Below are positions 59,198 through 64,000 of a stretch of 64,000 bases of DNA, piece by piece; position 1 is the first letter of the stretch, and every line of letters begins with the position of its first letter. This stretch comes from Zygnema circumcarinatum SAG 698-1b (Eukaryota > Plantae > Zygnematophyceae), in the NCBI GenBank assembly GCA_037447605.1, contig CM074808.1, forward strand, positions 682,001-746,000, written 5' to 3'. The position numbers were made by a program, and so were the translations under genes. The notes beneath the pieces are model-generated. The model saw only the letters and a program-made list of their open reading frames with translations. It was not told the origin of the DNA and made no database searches.

Positions 59198-61640
59198 TCA
59201 ATTCTGCTTTGTACCTTTAGAGGCAAGCGATTCTCTTCCTTTTTTTCGGTCTATTATCGCAGAAGGAGTCCAATTGGGATATGTACTGCGAGTACTGCAG
59301 ACAGAAGCGGACACCCAACCACTCAGTCGCAAAAAAAAAAATCATGAAAAATCATGAAAAATCATGAAATCCTGCTATGTGGAACAGGGCACGACCACAT
59401 ACATCCGAAGCATGAATAGCATTCGGAATGTTCTCAATTGATCCAATGCGTCCCGTTCAATCCAAAACTCTCCAACAGCATGGTCTACAAAGAATCAAAT
59501 ATTATAAAAGTAGCGAATGGTGTCATAGGTGCTTCATTCTGCACGTTTTGGCATTACCGTTGACAACGGGAAATTTGTCTTGCATTGGTGCCTGTTCACC
59601 CTGCAAAGCCCATGTCCAACAAGAGCATGCGCCCATCAGTGGCAACAGAGTTGGAACGAGCTTCAAACTCCAATGACAAATCTTCCGGACTCCCTTCACG
59701 CATTAGTACCGAGAGAAGAGGACGCATTCTGTGTTCGATAGGCTCACAAAAAAGGATTGCAAGAGAAAAGGTGTGGCATTGATCTCACGATGGCGATGAT
59801 GCCATCCAATGTACATGGACAACATCAGCATCATGGGGAACCACGAGGAACTGACTGGTCGCGAAGGACCTAAGCACAAAAGGAAGAAGCAATTACAAGC
59901 ATTTGGGACACACTGGAAGCATAGTTGTGTACGAAAACAACGCACCGTATGTCTTCTTTGTCGTAGGCCGCTGCCGCTTCCTCCCTCGTCTTGTAGAGGC
60001 CAATGTACGTGGACTTATTCCCAGACCGGCCGAGCCTCGCCTCCCATTTCCCCTGCACACGGAGTAGTGCTTATGTAGATGACAGCCAAGACCACGGGCC
60101 ACCTCATGCATAGCGCAATGCGAAACCGAAATGTAAAATAAAATAAATAAACAAACAAGTAAATAAACAAAAAAGGTAATCTGTAAAGCTTTGAGCTCAC
60201 CTTCTTATGTAGAGTGACACCAAAAAATTTGGACTCTCCATTGTTTTGGCAACTCCAGTTTCGCAAACTGAAAGGAAGAACTTCAATCGACGCATTCGCT
60301 GCACAAGCCCAACAGCAGCATGTGAAACCCAAAACGAAGAACGAGATCTCTTTTAATAATACCTGTTCATCACTAACAATAGGAGGGAGAATTTCACAGA
60401 GTTGTTAAAGGGAAGCTCAAGCACCAAAGCTTGCCACTTACAGATTGCCTCAAACATCTTCGGGTCCATCGACGTATTCATTTTTTCACTCGAATCCCTG
60501 TTCCATCAAAGACCAGTATAAGCATGACATTGTTTCTCAATGAAGCTCCTTGACGAAGCTGATCTCGCGCAAAGCACCCACAAAGACATTCATAAGCAGC
60601 ATCCTCCATCATTCTTCGTATTCCGCGGCGTCGAAAAGAAGCTCACCCTCGCGCAATTCGCATCATATCAACTGCAGTCGCTGCCTTATCCTCTACCCCC
60701 CCGCAATTCATCTCAAAGGGCATCATGCAAGTAAAAAATCAAAGGCTGGAAAGACTACTTGTAAGGACCCCAAAATAGGAGTGCCAGGCAAAAAGAAAAC
60801 GAAAATAGAGTGCCATTCATTGCGGGATGCTTACCATCCACGAACCCCCCCAAGTAAATCTGCCTCGGTTCGGTACTATCCCTGCAAGCCATCCCGCGTG
60901 AAGTGAGCAAGTGCTGATCATCCTTTATAATTTAAAAGAAGGTCAGAAGATCCTGCTTCACAGTTCTATACTCGGGTTTGTATTTACCAAATTTGTGCTT
61001 CGTATTTATTCCGGCCTTTATGAAATGTAACGCCATGGAATCTACTTTTAACCGGATTTCCTTCAACAGAAATGGACTTTTCCTTGTTCACCTCCGGAGA
61101 GGGGACATCTGCAGCAGCACAGGAGCCAATAGAAAAATTATTTCAGTGAAAACTGGCATCTGGAGACATAACGGAGTCCTCTGCAGCCTTTGTGGGAGTG
61201 GTGGGGGATCTTAGAATGCAGGATTGGGGGGAGGGGGAAACCTGCTGGGAGCTTGCAGGTGCTTCTGCAATCATTCATGGCTAGAAGCTCCTCTAATCGC
61301 TCCTCTTCTCCTCTCCGTGAGTCGCTCGCCTCGTCTGCATTGCCGAAGCTGCAATCAAAGATCGCGTTGATGCCGAGAAGCGGCGACTCCTTAAGAAACG
61401 TCTGCAAGTTCTCTTGCAGGTTGTCTCCGTAAAATTCATCGTATGAGACCAGCTCAGAAATCTGAGTGGATGCTGCTGCATCATCACATACCCATCAAAG
61501 ATGTAAGTAAGTGCTCGATTTCAAGGACCACCCCTTGTATCTTTCCCACACCCCTCATAAAAAGATAAAGCTCCCCATGTGCTCATACCCATGGATGCAT
61601 GATGCGGGTGCGGCTCCTCCTTCATTTCGCGGTATCCCAT
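59198..61640 (-). CDS. AP2-subfamily transcription factor with two AP2 domains (euAP2-like); 5' start and 3' end uncertain
   Basis: Spliced exons give SRFHGVTFHKGRNKYEAQIW|DSTEPRQIYLGGFVD|EDKAATAVDMMRIARG (repeat 1), the linker SLRNWSCQNNG, and ESKFFGVTLHKK|GKWEARLGRSGNKSTYIGLYKTREEAAAAYDK (repeat 2). The possible stop is at 59785 or 59198, depending on the last exon. Confidence 0.8.
59766..59870 (-). repeat. Dispersed ~100-nt repeat, copy C, inside the AP2 gene's 3' part
   Basis: The reverse complement reads ggtccttcgcgaccagtcagttcctcgtggttccccatg...gtccatgtacattggatggcatcatcgccatcgtgagatcaatgccacacctttt. Confidence 0.85.
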
Positions 61641-62229
61641 GGCGCCCCCCCGCCCGCCCGCCATGGCCCGAGCTCAGACCCTCGCTGCCGCCGGCGGCCG
61701 CTGCTGCGAGGGAAGGAGGGAGGGAGGGAGGGAGGGAGGGAGGGAGGGAGGCCGACGGGCGGGAGACGGGCGGGGCGGGGAGGGGGGTTGGCGTTCCATG
61801 AGCGGCAGTGTCGTGATGTACGACGGGTCTCTGATACCTGCGAGGTATGTCGGTGCATTTGTCCGTTTCTGCGAGGCGGAACTCAACGCTTCGCGGTCGG
61901 CAATCTGTCCGTCCAATCGGATCGTCGCGAAGCACGTGATTCGTCAGATTCGATTACAAGATTTGACGGGAATCTCAACATAGATTCTGCAGGATCTGGA
62001 GACAAGCCTGAGACGCATTCGATTTGTCCACGTGGCATCCTATTTTCGTCAGATGAGATACGGTATCTGGCACGTGAGTACGGTCCGATCGTGTGCCAAA
62101 GTCGGCGGCCAAGTCCTCCCCGCGAGGGACGAGGGACGCGCGCACGCTTGAGACGAGCCAATGAAAATGCAGAGAAAGCAACCGTATTTTAATATTTTTA
62201 CTTGAGTATATATATGAAGGGTAAATTTA

Positions 62230-63157
62230 GGGTAGTGATATTTCCACCCCTTTTTTGGATCCAAACACCCCTTCCCGGCCGGGCAGATTTCAAAAGGGAT
62301 TAAAAACGGAAAATGCTTTTTTCACACCTTTTTGGAATCGATACCCACCTTCTTCCGTCGGCTGATTTTATTTTTGCTAACCAAGGAAAATGATACTCCG
62401 TCACCGCATTTTGAATACTGTATCCCGCCTCCCTGAATTTTTTTTTTGAGGGAAAGAAATATCGGCCTGCCCGAATCTTCTCGGAGCGGAAGATCCGTCC
62501 GCCACGAGATCGTTCGCGGGTGTCCGTCCTTCACACGTGCGTGTCAATCGCATCTGTCGATTTCCCTCGCAGATCGCACCCCTGCAGATCAAACGTTTGA
62601 TCTGCAGCCGGGCTCGATCTTAGCGAATGGAAAGCGCCCACGAGCTCGTGCGAGTGCGCGCGTCCCTCGGCCCGAGATCTCGTGCAGTGTCAGCTCTCAG
62701 CCAATCAAAATCTGCCACGTGTTAAATTTTTGACGTGGAAAATTTTGATTGGTCAAAGCTCTCAATGTACGAAATATTGGGTTCCTCAAAGTTGCGACCG
62801 TACGAAATTTGTACGGACAAACGTTTGAGTCGCGTTTGGCGGGATACGTGGGCACGTGCCATTCGCTGTGACCGAGCCCGGCTGCAGAGCAAATAGTGAT
62901 CTGCCGTGTTGCGATCTGCGAGGGAATCGACGGCTGCGATTGATCGCACGCGTGAAAAAAAATGCAGGTAGGCGGGATAGTCAAAATGGAGTGACGGGTT
63001 ATTTCCTTGTTTCGCAAAAATAAAATCTGCCGATGGAGGTGGGTATCGATTCCAAAAAGGTGTGAAAAAGCCATTTTCCGTTTTTAATCCTTTTTGAAAT
63101 CTGCCCGGCCGGGAAGGGGTGTTTGGATCCAAAAAAGGGGTGGAAATATCACTATCC
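62230..63157. mobile_element. Non-autonomous Mutator/foldback-like element with very long TIRs and an 8-bp TSD
   Basis: Ends are GGGTAGTGATATTTCCACCCC and GGGGTGGAAATATCACTATCC. The arms pair over ~390 bp (left) and ~290 bp (right, ~85-bp deletion). TAAATTTA is present on both flanks (62222-62229, 63158-63165). No ORF. Confidence 0.9.
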
Positions 63158-63179
63158 TAAATTTATTAAGACACCTAAA

Positions 63180-63312
63180 GGAAATGCTATTTACACAGCT
63201 TTTTAGATATATACACACCTTTTGTCGCTGGTCAGATTTTATAGAAGGGTTTTTTTGGTATTTGGTTTTTTATGGTGTGTATCTAGAAAAAGGTGTGTAA
63301 ATATCATTTTCC
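63180..63312. mobile_element. Small hairpin/MITE-like element with related termini
   Basis: GGAAATGCTATTTACACAGCTTTT and AAAAGGTGTGTAAATATCATTTTCC are imperfect inverted repeats. No TSD seen. Confidence 0.45.
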
Positions 63313-63661
63313 TATTTTATGGTATTTTCGATATTCGGTGGTCCGTGAAACCCTATGCGTACATGCTCCGTACGTGTTCGTACGAGGACATCAAATGATG
63401 GCATAAAGTTATAACAAAAGTTTTTTTTGGCCAGGAAAATATTTTGTAACGCTAAACTAGTAGAGTTAAGATCTCAGGAAATCTTCGATAATTGCTGGTA
63501 GAAACGACACAAAAAAAAACAAGAGAAAATGTTGCTTCCTTTGAAAGCATCTTAAGCTACTCGCTGAAAGGAAGAGGAAGAGGAATCAGTAGAGTAGCTG
63601 TTTTGCCGTGGCCAGTAGCTACGATATCGGCTTTTATTTCCTTGAAAGCGTAATCTGTAAA

Positions 63662-64000
63662 GGGTAGTGATATTTCCACCCCTTTTTTGGATCCAAACAC
63701 CCCTTCCCGGCCGGGCAGATTTCAAAAGGGATTAAAAACGGAAAATGCTTTTTTCACACCTTTTTGGAATCGATACCCACCTCCTTCCGTCGGCTGATTT
63801 TATTTTTGCTAACCAAGGAAAATGATACCCCGACACTGCATTTTGAATACTGTATCCCGCCTCCCTGAATTTTTTTTAGAGGGAAAGAAATATCTGCCTG
63901 CCCGAATCCGCTCGAAGCGGAAGATCCGTCCGCCACGAGATCGTTCGCGGGTGTCCGTCCTTCACACGTGCGTGTCAATCGCATCTGTCAACTCCCTCGC
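63662..64000. mobile_element. Second copy (left arm, truncated by the window edge) of the 62230 element
   Basis: Near-identical to 62230-62570 over the available ~340 bp, with scattered substitutions. The flank differs (TCTGTAAA). Confidence 0.9.

Noticed and set aside
59836-59856. AACCACGAGGAA in the dispersed repeat resembles vertebrate U3 snoRNA; the other end resembles the T-arm of tRNA-Sec
   Set aside because: The matches are short. There are no U3 box A/B/C structures, no cloverleaf or UCA anticodon, and copy B has lost the CTGA.

Overview
Intron-rich eukaryotic nuclear DNA from a green plant lineage. The gene set (PTB-type Na+/Pi transporter, KEA3, MTP5, GT37 fucosyltransferase, euAP2-like factor) points to a streptophyte alga, possibly Zygnematophyceae; this is inference. 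The six-frame ORF track is mostly exon fragments and microsatellite artefacts, so genes were rebuilt by hand from GT-AG junctions and family motifs. Left to right: NRPC2 (RNA Pol III second-largest subunit, minus strand, runs off the left edge); a secreted PAN/Apple + Ser-Pro(n) + GDPH/root-cap protein; KEA3; tRNA-Ala(UGC); a DUF3082-like plastid membrane protein; a PTB phosphate transporter; a GT37 xyloglucan fucosyltransferase head-to-head with MTP5; a 3-exon hypothetical gene; a plastid-targeted CBM48+GH13 enzyme of bacterial TreZ/GlgB type; and a double-AP2 transcription factor. Non-coding features include a family of MULE-like non-autonomous elements, a dispersed ~100-nt structured repeat (4 copies, one possibly exonised in the AP2 gene), a 15-bp minisatellite filling an intron, G-box/RY/P1BS/GTAC motif clusters, many microsatellites and a 10-N assembly gap. 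No CRISPR array, rRNA gene or intact transposase was found.
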